DNA of 64,000 bases from Chiloscyllium plagiosum (Eukaryota). A model generated the notes under the pieces. The model had not been told where the DNA came from. It did not search any database and saw only the letters and a program-made list of their open reading frames with translations. The position numbers and the translations under genes were made by a program. The stretch covers positions 76,954,079 to 77,018,078 of the forward strand of contig NC_057718.1 in NCBI RefSeq assembly GCF_004010195.1. The letters run 5' to 3'. Positions 48,363-60,928 of this stretch are shown here, piece by piece (position 1 is the stretch's first letter; each line of letters begins with the position of its first letter).

Positions 48363-51300
48363 ACAGCAGATCAGGCAAGATAGTCGATGTTTTGGGCACA
48401 GGCCCTTCATCAGGAATGTGGGTGTAGAAGGGAGCTGAAAGATAAATAGGAGGATGGGGAGGGACTGGGGGGGGGGAAGTTAGTTGGGAAGCCCAAAGGT
48501 GGATACAGGTGGGGGCTGCTTTTGATAGGTCAGTGGGGAGGTTGGAGCGGATAGGTGGGAAGGAAGATGGACAGGTTGGACAGGTTAAGAGGGTGGTGTC
48601 GATTTAGAGAATTGGATCAGGGATGAGGTGGCGGGAGGGGAAATTTGGAAACCGGTGAAGTTAGTGCTATGTGGTTGCAGGGTCTCATGGCAGAGATAAG
48701 GCCTTCTTCCTCCAGTCATTGGATGGCTTAGATTTGGCGGTGGAGGAAGCCCAGAACTTACATGTCCTTGGTGGAGTGGGAGGGGGAGTTGAAGTGGTCA
48801 GCCACATGCTGGTGGGTTTTGGGTGCTTGTGCCCCAGAGATGTTCCCTGAAACACTCCGTGAATTGGCGTTCTGTCTCCCCGATGTAGAGGAGACCACAT
48901 TGAGAGCAACAGACTCAGTAGATAAGGTGAGTGATTGAGAAGGAAAATTTCTGCTGGATGTGAAAAGATCCTTTGGGGCCTTGGACAGAGGTGAGGGTGG
49001 AGGTGTGGGCACAGGTTTTACTTCTCTTGCAGCGGCAACGGAAGGTGCTGGGAGTGGAGGGTGGATTGAGGGGGCTTGGACTTAACGAGGGAGTCACAGA
49101 GGGAATGACCTCTGTGGAATGCAGGTCAGGGGTTGGGGGAGGGAAATACGTCTCTGGTGGTGGGGTCTGATTGTTGGTGGCGGAAATGGCAGAAGCCAAG
49201 TGTGCTTTATCTGGATCTTAGTGGGGTGGAAGATGAGGACCACGGGTGTTCTAACCTTGTTTCAGTTGGAGGGATGGGGTTCAAGGGCGGAGGTGTAGGA
49301 AGTGGAGGAATTAAGTTGGAGGGCATTGTTGATTACTTGGGAGAGGAAATTGTGATCCTAGAAATAGGAGGCCATCTGGGATGTTCTAGAGTGGAATTGC
49401 ACCCCCTGCGAGCAGATTTGGTGTAGACAGAAGAATTGGGAGTACGGGAGGGGAGCTGTAGTCCAGGTAGCTGTGGGAGTTGGTGGCTTTGAAGTAGATG
49501 TCCGAGTTGAGTCGGTCGCCAGAGACTGAGATGGAGAGGTCCAAGAAAGGGAGGGAGGTATCCAAGATGGTCCAGGTGAACTTAAGGTCAGGGTGGGAGG
49601 TGTTAGTGAAGTTGATGAACTATTCAACCTCCTCATGAGAGCATGAGGTGGCACAAATATGATCATCAATGTAACGGAGGAAGAGGTGGGGGATGAACAT
49701 AGAACATAGGACATAGAACATAGAACATCATAACACAGCACAGGCCCTTTGGCCCTTGATGATGTGCCAACCTTTTTATCCTACTTTAAGATCAAACTAA
49801 CCTATATACCCTTCATTTTACTATCATCCATGTGCTGCTTAAAAGTCCCTAATGTACCTGATTCTACTAGTACCGCTGGTAGTGCATTGCATGCGCCCAC
49901 CATTCTTTGTGTAAAGAGCTGACCTCTGACATTCTCCCAAACGTTCCTCTAATCACCTTAAAATTATGCTGCCTTGTTATAGACATTTCTGCTGGGAAGA
50001 AGTCTCTGGCTATTCACTCTACCTATGCCTGTCATCACCTTGTACACCTCTATCAAGTCACCTCTTATCCTTCTTCTCTCCAATGAGAAAAGCCCTAGCT
50101 CCCTCAATCTTTCTTCATAAGACATGTCCACCATAAGATGGTGCCTGTGTAAATGTGGACGATGGACTGTTCCTTGTATCCTATGAAGAGACAAACATAG
50201 CTGGGCCCATGCGGGTGCCCATGGCTACCCCTCTGGTCTGACGGAGGTAGGAGGATTGGAAGGAGAAGATATCAAGGGTGAGGACCAGTTCAACATTTGA
50301 ATGTGTATCAGTGGAGAGAAAATGTTGGGTTGGCTTGAGAGGAAGAAATGAAGGGCTTGGAGTCCTTTGACATAGTGCATGGACATGTATAGGGACTGGA
50401 TGTCCATGGTTAAGATGAGGCATTGGGGGTGGGGGAAATGGAAGTCATGGAGGAGATGGAGGGTGGGGTAGTGTCGCAAATGTATGTGGGGAGATCCTGG
50501 ACCAAGGAGGAAAGGACAGTGTTGAGAAATGAGGAGATATGTTTGGTAAGACAGGAGTAGCAGAGACAATGGTCAACCAGGGCAGTCAGGTTTGAGGATT
50601 TTGAGTAAGAGGAAAACCAGGCGGTGTGGGGTTGCAAACTATGAGGTTGGAGACTGTGGATGGGAGATCCCCTGAGGTGATGTGGTTGTGGATGGTCTGG
50701 GACATGATCGTTTGGTGATGGGAGGTGAGGTCATGGTTGAGGGGTGGTAGGAGAAGGTGTCGGTGAGTTGGTGCCTTCCTTCAGTGATGTAGAGTTTGGT
50801 GCACCAAACTACTACTGCACCCCTCTGTCCGCTGGCTGAATGGTAAGGTTGGGGTTGGACCAGAGGGAGTGGCTGAGGAGTGGAATGGGTGTGCGGTTTG
50901 TGAAGGTGAGAGGTTGGAGTGGGTGAGAGGGGTGGACAGGTTGAGGGAGTCAATGTCACAGCAGCAGTTGAAGGTAAAGAGTTTGGGGGAGATAAGAGAC
51001 CAGGACAGGGTGTCCAAGAGGATGGAGTATGTTTGAGGTAGGAGAAGAGGTCCTCGGAGGGTGGGTGGGAGTCACAATTGAAAAAGGAGGCATGAAGGTG
51101 GAGGCAGTGGAAGGAAAGCAAAATGTTACAAAGTGTATGGAATTCATTGACCCAAAAGTGCAGAGGGATGAAAGTGGAACTTTTACTGAGGACTGATCAT
51201 TTATCCTCAGTGAGGGATGGTCTGGGGGATGCTAAAAACCAAGCAGGGCTGGGGGTAGGGCCCTGGTGTAGAGCTGGAGGTGGGAGTTGGGGTGGAGACT

Positions 51301-51741
51301 GCCTCTGGTTTGGGGGCAATCATGTGATCATTGGTAACATCACTGGAGGAAGTGACATAAATAGCAGCAGACATAGAAGCAGAAGCGGTGCGTTCGGTAG
51401 CACCCGTGGGGAAAGAAGTGATGTTCTGGGTGGTGTTTGCGGAAATGGTGTCTTCAGTGGCGTTCTCGCTGGCAGCGAGGCAATATGGTCAAACCTGTCC
51501 ATCTTCCTTCACACCTATCTGCTTCACCCATCCCATTAACCTATCACAATCACCCTCCACCTGCACTCACCTATTGCCTTCCCAGCTATCTTCCTCTCAG
51601 CCCCACCCCACCCTCCTATTTATCTTTCAGCCCCCATCCCTCTCCACGTTCCTGATGAAGGGCTTATGCCCAATATGTCGACTCTCCTGCTCCTCAGATG
51701 CTGCCTGACCTGCTGTGGTTTTCCAGTGCCACACTTTTCAA
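48363..51741 (-). mobile_element. Long Penelope-like element (N-terminal region, RT, GIY-YIG, 3' repeat) with an inverted repeat at ~51488-51741
   Basis: Minus frames [60 protein letters not shown]; sense copy of the 3' repeat with core at 51652. Confidence 0.92.
49697..50148 (-). mobile_element. CR1 3' fragment inserted in the PLE RT
   Basis: (gaacata)n tail; [31 protein letters not shown]. Confidence 0.9.
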
Positions 51742-52120
51742 CATGGAATAAAAATTGGCTCATAAGCAAAACAAAGAGTAGGGTCAATCAAACATTGGCA
51801 GTCTGTGACTAGCTAGGTACGCAAAAATGATTAGGATATCAGTGTCAATTGTATTAGTTCCAAGTTTACAGTTGACACGTAGCTAGGAGGGAATATGAGC
51901 TGTGACATTGATGCAAAGTGGCTTCAAGGGGATTTAATAATTCACTAAAGGCTGACATACAGGTGCAGCAAGCTAGTCAGAAGATTAGTGGGAGATTAGT
52001 TTTAATCACAAGAGGATTTGAGCAACATAGTCTGCTTTAATTTAATAGAATCTTGGTTAGAGTGCTGCTGGAGTACTTTGTACAGTTTTGGTCACCTTAT
52101 CTTAGAAAGGATATTGAGCA
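51742..52120 (+). mobile_element. Old CR1 RT fragment
   Basis: SKFTVDT and LEYFVQFWSPYLRKDI remnants. Confidence 0.7.
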
Positions 52121-52659
52121 AATTTTCCTCTGGCCAGACACTCATTATGACTGTGTAAATAGGAATTGCATGTTGGGCTTTATGGAATTCCCATTGTAGT
52201 TTGTCCCAAAAGAATTACCTGGGAGATTGGATTATTCCCTTGACTATTCCTCTGAAAGTCTTCATAAAAATTATGTAAAATCGTTGCTTAGAAAAAGTTA
52301 GTCTAAATACAAAACTCCAGAGTAACTATTAATCTGATTCAATACTTATCTCACAACTTTCAACTAATCCCACCCCCACCCATCACACCACCAATAACCG
52401 CAGACACCTTACACCCGCCAGACCTGGCACCACAAGGATCTGATATGATCTCTGCTGACCCAAGATTTGATATTCCCACTGGTGTATGACACTCTAGGAT
52501 CCAACATTGCCTGGAAACTACACAAATACTTCCCAAACACACCTAATCCCACAGTTTCTGGAGAACTGACAACCTCTGCCCCAGGACCTGAAATAGTCCT
52601 GAGACCCACCCTTATCTGCACCTGAACCCCTCACAGTCCTGCTCTTCTTGGTCAGGACC

Positions 52660-53332
52660 TATCCCTGACTGCCAAGTGGCCCCTGCTGCCTGCCTGTACC
52701 ACCTCCACTGGTAACACATTCCAGGAGCCACCCCCCCCCCCCACTCTCTGCGTAAAGAACTGTCCAAGTCTCCCTGAAACTTTTCCCCATCTCACTTTGA
52801 ATTCATGACCCTTAGTAATTGAGACCCCACACTGGGAAAAAAGTTTCTTGCTATCCACCCTGTCTATAACTCATGATTTTGTAGACCTCAATCAGGTCCC
52901 CCCTCAACCTCCGTCTTTCTAATGAAAATAATCCTAATCTATTCAACCTCTCTCCATAGCTAGCGCCCTCCATACCAGGCAACATCTTGGTGAACCTCCA
53001 ATGCACCCTCTCCAAAGCATACACATTCTTTTAGTAATGTGGTGACCAGGACTGTATGCAGTATTCCAAATGTGGCCAAACCAAAGTCTAAAAGAACTGT
53101 AACATGACCTGCCAACTCTTGTACTCAGTACCCCGTCCGATGAAGGAAAGCATGCTGTATGCCTTCTTGACCACGCTATTGACCTGTGTTGCCAGCTTCA
53201 GGGAACAATGGACCTGAATACCCAGATTGCTCTGTACATCAATTTTCCCCAGGACCTTTCCATTTACTATATAGTTCGCTCCTGAATTGGATCTTCCAAA
53301 ATGCATTTGTCCGATTAAGCTCCATCTGCCAT
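52660..53332 (-). mobile_element. CR1 RT C-terminal fragment
   Basis: MHFGRSN...VVKKAYSMLSFIGRGTEYKSWQVMLQ. Confidence 0.88.
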
Positions 53333-54060
53333 TTACAGGACAGGTGTACAGGACAGGACAGGTGTACAAGATTCCATGCAGGGACTACAAAAATACTTTA
53401 TAGGACAAATAGGCAGAGGACTAGTGATCCGCATTCATGAAAGATTCTGGGTAATCCAAGATGGAGGATGGGAATAATTGTGGCTATAAGAGCTGCTCCT
53501 TTTTTGAGATATTTTTGGTATTGGAGGTGATTTTCTCAAATTCCAGTAGCAGAGTTTACTGTTTTACTGTTGCATTGTTTTGGAACTTTTGGGGAAAACA
53601 AGTCAAAACAATGGCACTTTTACAAGGAAGAAAGACAGACAAAAGGCAGAGAGCACATGTTCAGTGAGGGCGAGAGAGAAAGAAACCTACATGGCTAACT
53701 GACACGGCAGTGAATCTGCAAAGTTACTGCCTTTGCTCTTTGAGTTCATGTATCTTTGGACATTGGAGTGCATCTAGGAAAAATGAATAAACAGCAAAAT
53801 TCACAACTGACCTTGGAGGAAACTGTATGGAAGAAGTCACAGATAACAGATAAGGGCATAGTTTTTAAAATGTAACCTTGCTGTAAGTCTGCAATAGTGC
53901 AAAGAGTGGGTTCATTCTTGATTATATGCTTTACTGAAATCTGTCTCTTGATTAAATTTTTAAAATATAAACAATAAGTACTAAGTTAGCGTGGAGCACT
54001 TTTTTTTAGAGCAAAAAGACGGTGCTATTTTCTGGGTGTGTAGATTGTGAAGGAGCAAAG

Positions 54061-54972
54061 ATGGCCTTTAGTAGAGTGATATGCTCTTCTACTCGGATGT
54101 GGGAGTTTAGGGAGAGTTTCCAAGTTACTGTTGATTATGTCTGCAGGAAGTGTCTTCGGTTGTGAAACCTATCAGATCAAATTAATTGGTTGGAGCGACA
54201 ATTAGAGGCAATGAGGAATTTACAAGAGTTTGGGGGTGTGATGGATGGCAGTTATAGGAAGGGAGAAAAACCACAGATAGAGTCAGGTTGATGGGTTAAC
54301 TCAATGAAAGGTAGGAAAAGTAAGCAGGTAGTGCAGCAATCTTTCCCTCTTTCAAACAAGTATGCTGTTTTGGAAAATGTAGGGGGTAATGAACTCTCAG
54401 AGGAATGTAGTACAAACAGTCAAGTTTCTTGTACCAAGACAGGCTCTAATGTAATGGGGGCTACGTCGGGTTCCAAGCAATCGATTGTGAGAGGGGACTC
54501 TCTAGTCAGAGGCACAGACTGACAATTCTGTGGTCAGCAGTGAAAAATCAGAATGGTGCGTTGCCTCTCTGGTGCCAGGATCAAGGATGTCTCAGAGCGG
54601 GTGCAGAATGTTCTCAAAGGGGAGTGGCACCAGCAGGAGGTCATTGTACACATTGGAACCAATGATATAGGAAGGGAAAAAGATGAGATTCTGAAGGGAG
54701 AATATAGAAAATTAGGCAGGAATTTAAAAAGGAGGTCCTCAAGGGTAGTAATATCGGATTACTCCCGGTGCTATGAGCTAGTGAGGGTAGGAATAGAAGG
54801 ATAGAGTAGATGAATGCATGGCTGAGGAGCATTTCAAATTTTTGGATCAATGGATTCCCTTCTGGAGTAGAAGTGACCTACACAAGAAGGATGGATTGCA
54901 TCTAAATTGGAAGGCGACTAATATACTGGCAGGGAGATTTGCTAGAGCCGAACGGGAGGATTTAAACTAGTA
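54061..54972 (+). pseudogene. CR1 ORF1: zinc finger/leucine zipper plus SGNH esterase (disrupted)
   Basis: MAFSRVICSS..MWE...CRKC; GDSLVRG; CLSGARIKDV; VHIGTNDIG; DGLHLN. Confidence 0.88.
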
Positions 54973-56088
54973 AGGTGGAGGGCAGTGGGGGGAAGACATG
55001 GGACATAGAGAGATTGTGAAGAAAGAGATCAATCTGAGACTGGTACAGTTAGGAAAGGGAATGAGTCAAAGAGTCAGGGTAGGAAGAAACAAAGCAGAGA
55101 ACAAGGTAGGGCTGATAAATTAAACTGCATTTATTTCAATGCAAGAGGCCAAACATGGAAGGCAGATGAACTCAGAGCATAGTGAGGAAAATGGGACTGG
55201 GATATCATAGCAATTATGGAAACATGGCTCTGGGATAGACAGGGCTAGCAACTTAATGTTCCAGAATACAAATGCTACGGAAAGGACAGAAAGGGGGGAC
55301 AAGAGAGGAGGGAAAGTGATGTTTTTGATGAGGGATAGCATTACAGCTGTATTGAGGGAGGATATTCCTGGGAATACATCCAGGGAAGTTATTGGGTGGA
55401 ACTGAGAAATAAGAAAGGGATTATCACTTTATTGGGATTGTATTATAAACCCCCTAATAGTCAATGGGAAACTGAGAGACAAATTTAAAAGGTGATCTGT
55501 TATCTCTAAGAACAATAGGGTGGTTATGATAGGGGATTTTAACCTTCCAAACATAGACTGGGACTGCCATATTGTTAAAGGTTTAGACGGAGAGGAATTT
55601 GTTAAGTGTGCACAAGAAAATTTTCTGATTCAGTATGTGGATGTCCCTACTGGAAAAGGTGCAAATCTTGACCCATTCTTGGGAAATAAGGCAGGGCAGG
55701 TGACTGAGATGTCAGTGGGGGAGCACTGTGGGGCCAAGGACCATAATTCTAAATGTTTTAAAATAGTGATGGACAGACCAGATTTAAAAGTTGAAGTTAT
55801 AAATTGGAGGAAGACTAATTTTGACGGTATTAAGCAAGAACTTTCAAATGCTGACTGGGGGCAGATGTTCACAGGTAAAGGGACGGCTGGAAAAAGGGAA
55901 ATCCTCAGAAATGAGATAACGAGAGTCCAGAGACAGTAAATTTCGGTTAGGTGAAAGGAAAGGCAGGTAGATATAGGAAATTCTGGATGAATAAAGAAAT
56001 TGAGATTTTGGTTAAGAAAAAGAAGGAAGCTTTGTCAGGTATAAACAGGAAAGATTGAGTGAATCTTGAAAAGAATACAAAGGGAATA

Positions 56089-56374
56089 TATAGGGACCTC
56101 AATTATCCGAACAAGATGGGTGAGCACTATTTTGTTCGGATAATTGATTATTCGGTTATCTGATTTCCTCTGGGGCTTGGAGTTTTCTGTGAAGTCTGCT
56201 CCAGATTCAGGAGACGAGGCAAAAGCACACTGCATGCAAGACCCTGGCTCCCATCCACACCCACCCTGCACCCCTGCCTCCCCTGACCCAGCCCGCCCCC
56301 ACCCCCCCAACTGCCTCCCCACCACCCCAAACCCGTCTGCTCCCACACCGCCCTCCTGCCTGCCCCCACCCTAG
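56089..56374 (+). mobile_element. Tc1/pogo-like MITE end replacing the CR1 RT
   Basis: TA-flanked ggacctcaattatccgaac start; perfect 16-bp hairpin 56099-56114/56132-56147. Confidence 0.5.
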
Positions 56375-57099
56375 GGAGTTTTACTGAACAAAGAGACCTT
56401 GGAGTGCAGGTTCATAGTTCCTTGAAAGTAGAGTTCTAGATAAATAGGATAATGAAGAAGGCATTTGGTATTCTTTCCTTTATTGGTTAGACCATTGAGC
56501 AAAGGAGTTGGGAGGTCATGTTGCAGCTGTACAGGACATTGATTAGGTCACCTTTGGAATGTACTGTGCAATTCTGGTCTCCTTCCTATTGGTAGAATGT
56601 TGTGAAACTTGAAAGGGTATAGAAAAGATTTACAAAGATGTTGCCAGGTTGGAGCATTTGAGGTATAGGGAGAGGCTGAATAGGCTGGGGCTGTTTTCCC
56701 TGGAGCATCAGAGGCTGAGGGGTGACGTTTTAGAGGTTTATAAAATCATGAAGGGCATGGATAGGATAAATAGACAAGGTCTTTCACTGGGGTGGGGGAG
56801 TCCCGAACTAGAGGGCATAAGGTTAGGGTTAGGGATAAAGAATAAAAGGGACCTCGGGGCAACATCTTCATGCAGTGGGTGTGCAAGTATGGAATGAGCT
56901 GCCAGAGGAAGTGATGGAGGCTGGTACAATTACAGCATTTAAAAGGCATCTAGATGGGTAAATGAATAGGATGTGTTTAGAGGGATGTGGGCCAAGTGCA
57001 GACAAATGGAATCAGATTAGGTTAGGATATCTGGTTGGCATGGATGGGTTGGACCAAAGGATCTGCTTCCATGCTGTACATCTCTCTGACTCTATGGTT

Positions 57100-57261
57100 C
57101 CAACATCAACTAGCCACTAAACGCCACCACCAGCTGTCCCTAGTAGCTTTACACAAGGATCACAATTTCGACTGGGACATCACAACAATAATCGGACAAG
57201 CCAAATAGAGGACAGCCAGAGAATTTCTAGAAACATGGCACTCATCCACGGACTCCATCAC
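57100..57261 (+). mobile_element. GIY-YIG C-terminal fragment of a different PLE lineage
   Basis: HQLATKRHHQLSLVALH..HNFDWDITTIIGQAK*RTAREFLETWHS. Confidence 0.75.
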
Positions 57262-57455
57262 TATCTATCTGGCACCCTAACCACCTAGCACCCTACTCAC
57301 CTGGATTCCTTAAAATCACACTGACAACATATTTATCCATTGACAACAGCTGTCAAAGCGACTGCTGGGAACTTTAAATGTCAGATTATGGCAGCTGACG
57401 ACAGTGGAAGTGAATATAGGGGGCACGCGAGGAACAGGCATTAAAGTTGATAATG

Positions 57456-57762
57456 CCTGTGGCACAGTGGCTCAGTAGTACTGCTGCTTCACAGCACCAG
57501 GGACCCAGGTTTGATTCCAGCCTTGGGCGACTGTGTGGAGTTTGCACATTCTCCCTGTGTCTGTGTGGGTTTTCTCTGGATACTCTGGTTTCCCCCCACT
57601 ATCCAAAGGTGTACAGGTTAGGTGAATTGGCCATGCTAAATTGCCCATAGTGTTAGGTGCATTAGTCAGAGGGAAATGGGTCTGGGTGGGTTACTCTTCA
57701 GAGGGTCGGTGTGGACTTGCTAGGCCAAAGGCCTGTCCCCACACTGTAGGGAATCTAATCTA
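57456..57762 (+). mobile_element. HE1-like SINE
   Basis: Similarity to the 11602 SINE; aatctaatct tail. Confidence 0.88.
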
Positions 57763-58454
57763 TGGACTCATGACCTCATCCTGCTCCTAATTTTCTTCAG
57801 TTCATATAATCTGGAGTTTATTTCATATGTTTTGGGGTACTCTAGTTTAAGTTGAAAATGTGTTTAAGCTGCCTCACAGGCACTGGTCCCCCATATCAGA
57901 ACATGACAATGTTTACAAAACTGCCATTTCTTTTTCAATCTCAGAATGCAATGCACATATACTCTTTAAGAGGCCGGTGTAAGGTTACCTCAGTTGTTGA
58001 AGATTAGGTTAGTAAACCTCCATTTTCACCTTTGGAGGTAGATCTTGTTTTGAACAGTGTTTCTCATTTTAGGAAGTGTTGCTTTATAGATGTTTAACTG
58101 CCATTTCACACCTCAATAACACACATCGAAAGGATCCAATCAGAGATACCCATATATTTCTCTGCTTTTTGTTGGCCTGCAGACATTCATAACTATACTG
58201 CAACTGTGGTTAGAAACTGCTTAACTAAAGAGTCATCAGGTATTAGAAACAATCTGAATAAATCAAAAGTCTTTAACATTAACTCTTAAAAGTAGCAAAT
58301 CTATACTTAATTTTTGGGTTCATCATCCTGAAGGAACTTAGAGGAAGTGAGAAAAGCATTGGCATTCATGTGACCCAGTATACTTCAGAATGAGAAGATA
58401 TTGGGTTCAAGTCCCATATTCAACAAATAATCTAGCTTGATACTTCAGTTATGT

Positions 58455-58870
58455 GTTCATTCATTCACAGGAAGTGGCCATCATTGACTAGGCCAGAATC
58501 ATTGCCTATCCCTAAATGCCCTTGAGGCATCGGTAGTAAACCACCTTCTTGAACCATTGGTGGTGAATCTCTTTCTTGAACAACTGCAGTCCGTCTACTA
58601 TAAGTACTCCCACAATACTGTTGGAAGGAAAGTTCAGAATTTTGACTCAGTGACTGTGAAGGTGTTTTCCTGTGCTTAAGTTGATGCTAGGTGATCCATC
58701 TAGTTTCACTCTGCTTTTTGATTTTGTAGTGGTTTGATAAACTGAGTGGCTTGCTTGGCCATTTCAGAGGGCATATAAGTCAACCTCATTTTGGGTCTGC
58801 AATAGGTAAGGATGACAGAAATCCTTCCCTTAAGGTCATTACTGAACCAGGTGACTTTTTCTGACAATGT
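58455..58870 (-). mobile_element. Second-family LINE tail and Deu-like SINE fragments
   Basis: Similar to 11068-11402 and 21230-21590. Confidence 0.55.
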
Positions 58871-58879
58871 ACAAAGCTG

Positions 58880-59215
58880 AATCTAGAATTGGTTGAGTGA
58901 CCTGAAGCAAAGGTCAAGGGGTGTTTTTTTTACTGGAAGCCTGTGTCCTGGGGTTATCATTAGGGATCAATGTTTGGGTCTTTGACATTTGTGGTTTATC
59001 TTAATGACTTAGACTTGGATGAAGGAGGATTCATCAGTAAGTTTGCAGGTGATAAAAATATTGGTGAGTGGTAAATAGTGAGGAGGACAGAGGATTGCAG
59101 GATGATATAGATAGGCTGGTCAGATGGGCTAATTAGCAGCAAATGGTATTCAGTCTGGATAAATGTGAGTTGACGTACATCGACAGGACAAACAAGGCAA
59201 GGGAATACATGATGC
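58880..59215 (+). mobile_element. CR1 RT fragment
   Basis: YLNDLDLDEGGFISKFAGDK. Confidence 0.75.
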
Positions 59216-59216
59216 A

Positions 59217-59733
59217 CAAAGTTATTTGCTACCAAGCCTGGGGATTGTCCAAGTCTTGCTGCATATGGCACAAATTTCTTCAGTATTTGAGGAATTACGT
59301 GTTGATCATTGTTAAATCATCAGCAAACATCGCTATTTCTGACTTTAGGATGGAAAGAAAGTAATTGATGAACCAACCAAAGGCGATTGGGCCAAAGGCA
59401 TTACCCAAGGAAAAAGGACTTTTGTGGTGTAGTGGTAGTGTCCCTACCTCTCAGGCAGAAGGCCTGGGTTTAAGTCATACTTGCTCCAGAGGTGTGAAAT
59501 ACCATTACTTAACAGGTCACTTCAAAAATACTTCTTTCTGAGGAACTAGGTGTTTGTGTGCAGTGTCTGAGTCCCTCCATAGGTGTGACAACATGTTTGA
59601 ACAAGTTGATTAAAAAAATAAATAAATAAACTACTCTGAGGAACTCCTGCTGTGATGTCATTAGATTGGGATGACAGATCTCCAACAATCACACTCACCT
59701 TCCTTTGTGCCAGGTGTGGCTCCAACCAGCAGG
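59217..59733 (-). mobile_element. Second-family LINE RT fragment (continues 61290-61480) with short SINE-like inserts at ~59417-59630
   Basis: Minus frames ITAGVPQ, MFADD, GIEGK; collinear across the nested CR1. Confidence 0.65.
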
Positions 59734-60322
59734 GAGTTTTAGAGTCATAGGGCCATACAGCACAGAAACAGACCCGTCGGTCCAACCAGTCCATGCCGAA
59801 CATAATCCTAAACTAAACTAGTCTCACTTGCCTAATCCTAACTCATACCTCTCCAAACTGTTCCTATTCATGTATCTATCCAAATGTCTTTTAAATGTTG
59901 TAATTGTACCTGCATCCACCACTTCCTCAGGAAGTTCATTCCCTTAAGCGAACCACTCTGTGTAAAATATTTGTCTCAATGTCTTCTGTAAATCTCTCTC
60001 CTCTCATCTTAAAAATCTAGCCCCTAGTCTTGAAATCCCCATCTTAGGGAAAAGACAACTACCGTTAATCCTATGTACACCTCTCATTTTATAAACTTCT
60101 AATAGGTCACCTCTCAACCTTGTACGCTCCAGGAGAAAGGTTCCAGCCTACCCAATCTTTCTTTATAAATCAAACCTTCCATACCCAACAACATCCTGTT
60201 AGATCTCTTCTGAACCTCCTCCAGCTTAATAATATCCTTCCTATAACTGGGCGACTAGAACTGGACACAGTATTCCAGAAGAGGCCTCATCAATGTCCTG
60301 AACAACCTCAACATGACTTCCC

Positions 60323-60410
60323 AACTTCTATACTCCAAGGACTGAGCAATGAAGGTAAGCATGCCAAACTTCTATACTCCAAGGACTGAGCAATGAAGGT
60401 AAGCATGCCA
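60323..60410. repeat. Perfect 44-bp tandem duplication
   Basis: aacttctatactccaaggactgagcaatgaaggtaagcatgcca twice. Confidence 0.95.
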
Positions 60411-60610
60411 AACACCTTTTTAACCATCCTGTCTATGCAAACTTCAAAGAATAGGGACCTGCACCCCTAGGCCCCTTTGTTCTATAACACTACTCAAGGC
60501 CCTACCATTAATTGTATAAGCCCTACCTTGGTTTGTTGTATCAAAATGCAACACCTCACATTTATCCAATTGAATTCCATCTGCCATTTTTCAGCCCATT
60601 GACCTATTTG

Positions 60611-60696
60611 GAAGAAGGGCTCATGCCCGAAATGTCGATTCTCCTGCTCCTTGGATGCTGCCTGACTGCTGCGCTTTTCCAGCAACACATTTTCAG
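60611..60696 (+). mobile_element. 86-bp tail-less PLE family A insertion
   Basis: TSD cattgacctatttg at 60597-60610 and 60697-60710. Confidence 0.9.
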
Positions 60697-60762
60697 CATT
60701 GACCTATTTGATCAAGATCGCTTTGTAATCTTAAAAAACTTTCTTCATTTTTTACTATGCCA

Positions 60763-60928
60763 GGTCTTTTTCAATGTATAATTTCAGTTACATCACACTG
60801 TAAACTTTTGCTATAAATTCTGTGTCTTACAATCTTATACTCCACAACCACCTGATGAAGGAGCAGCACTCCGAAAGCTAGTGCTTCCAATTAAACCTGT
60901 TGGACTATAACCTGGTGTAGTGTGATTT
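60763..60928 (+). mobile_element. PLE family B 3' repeat
   Basis: Degenerate TSD ttttactatgcca/ttttattatgcca. Confidence 0.85.
60849..60883 (+). ncRNA. Minimal type I hammerhead ribozyme motif (PLE family B)
   Basis: CAC-CTGATGA-A-GGAG cagca CTCC-GAAA-GC-TA-GTG; stem I CAC/GTG closes the core. Confidence 0.82.

Larger units (their letters stand above)
53450..57095 (+). mobile_element. Near full-length CR1 LINE with most of the RT deleted
   Basis: 5' UTR starting ccaagatgg; ORF1 at 54061; endonuclease LNCIYFNARG and GDFNLPNIDW; 3' end ctctgactctatg. Confidence 0.9.
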
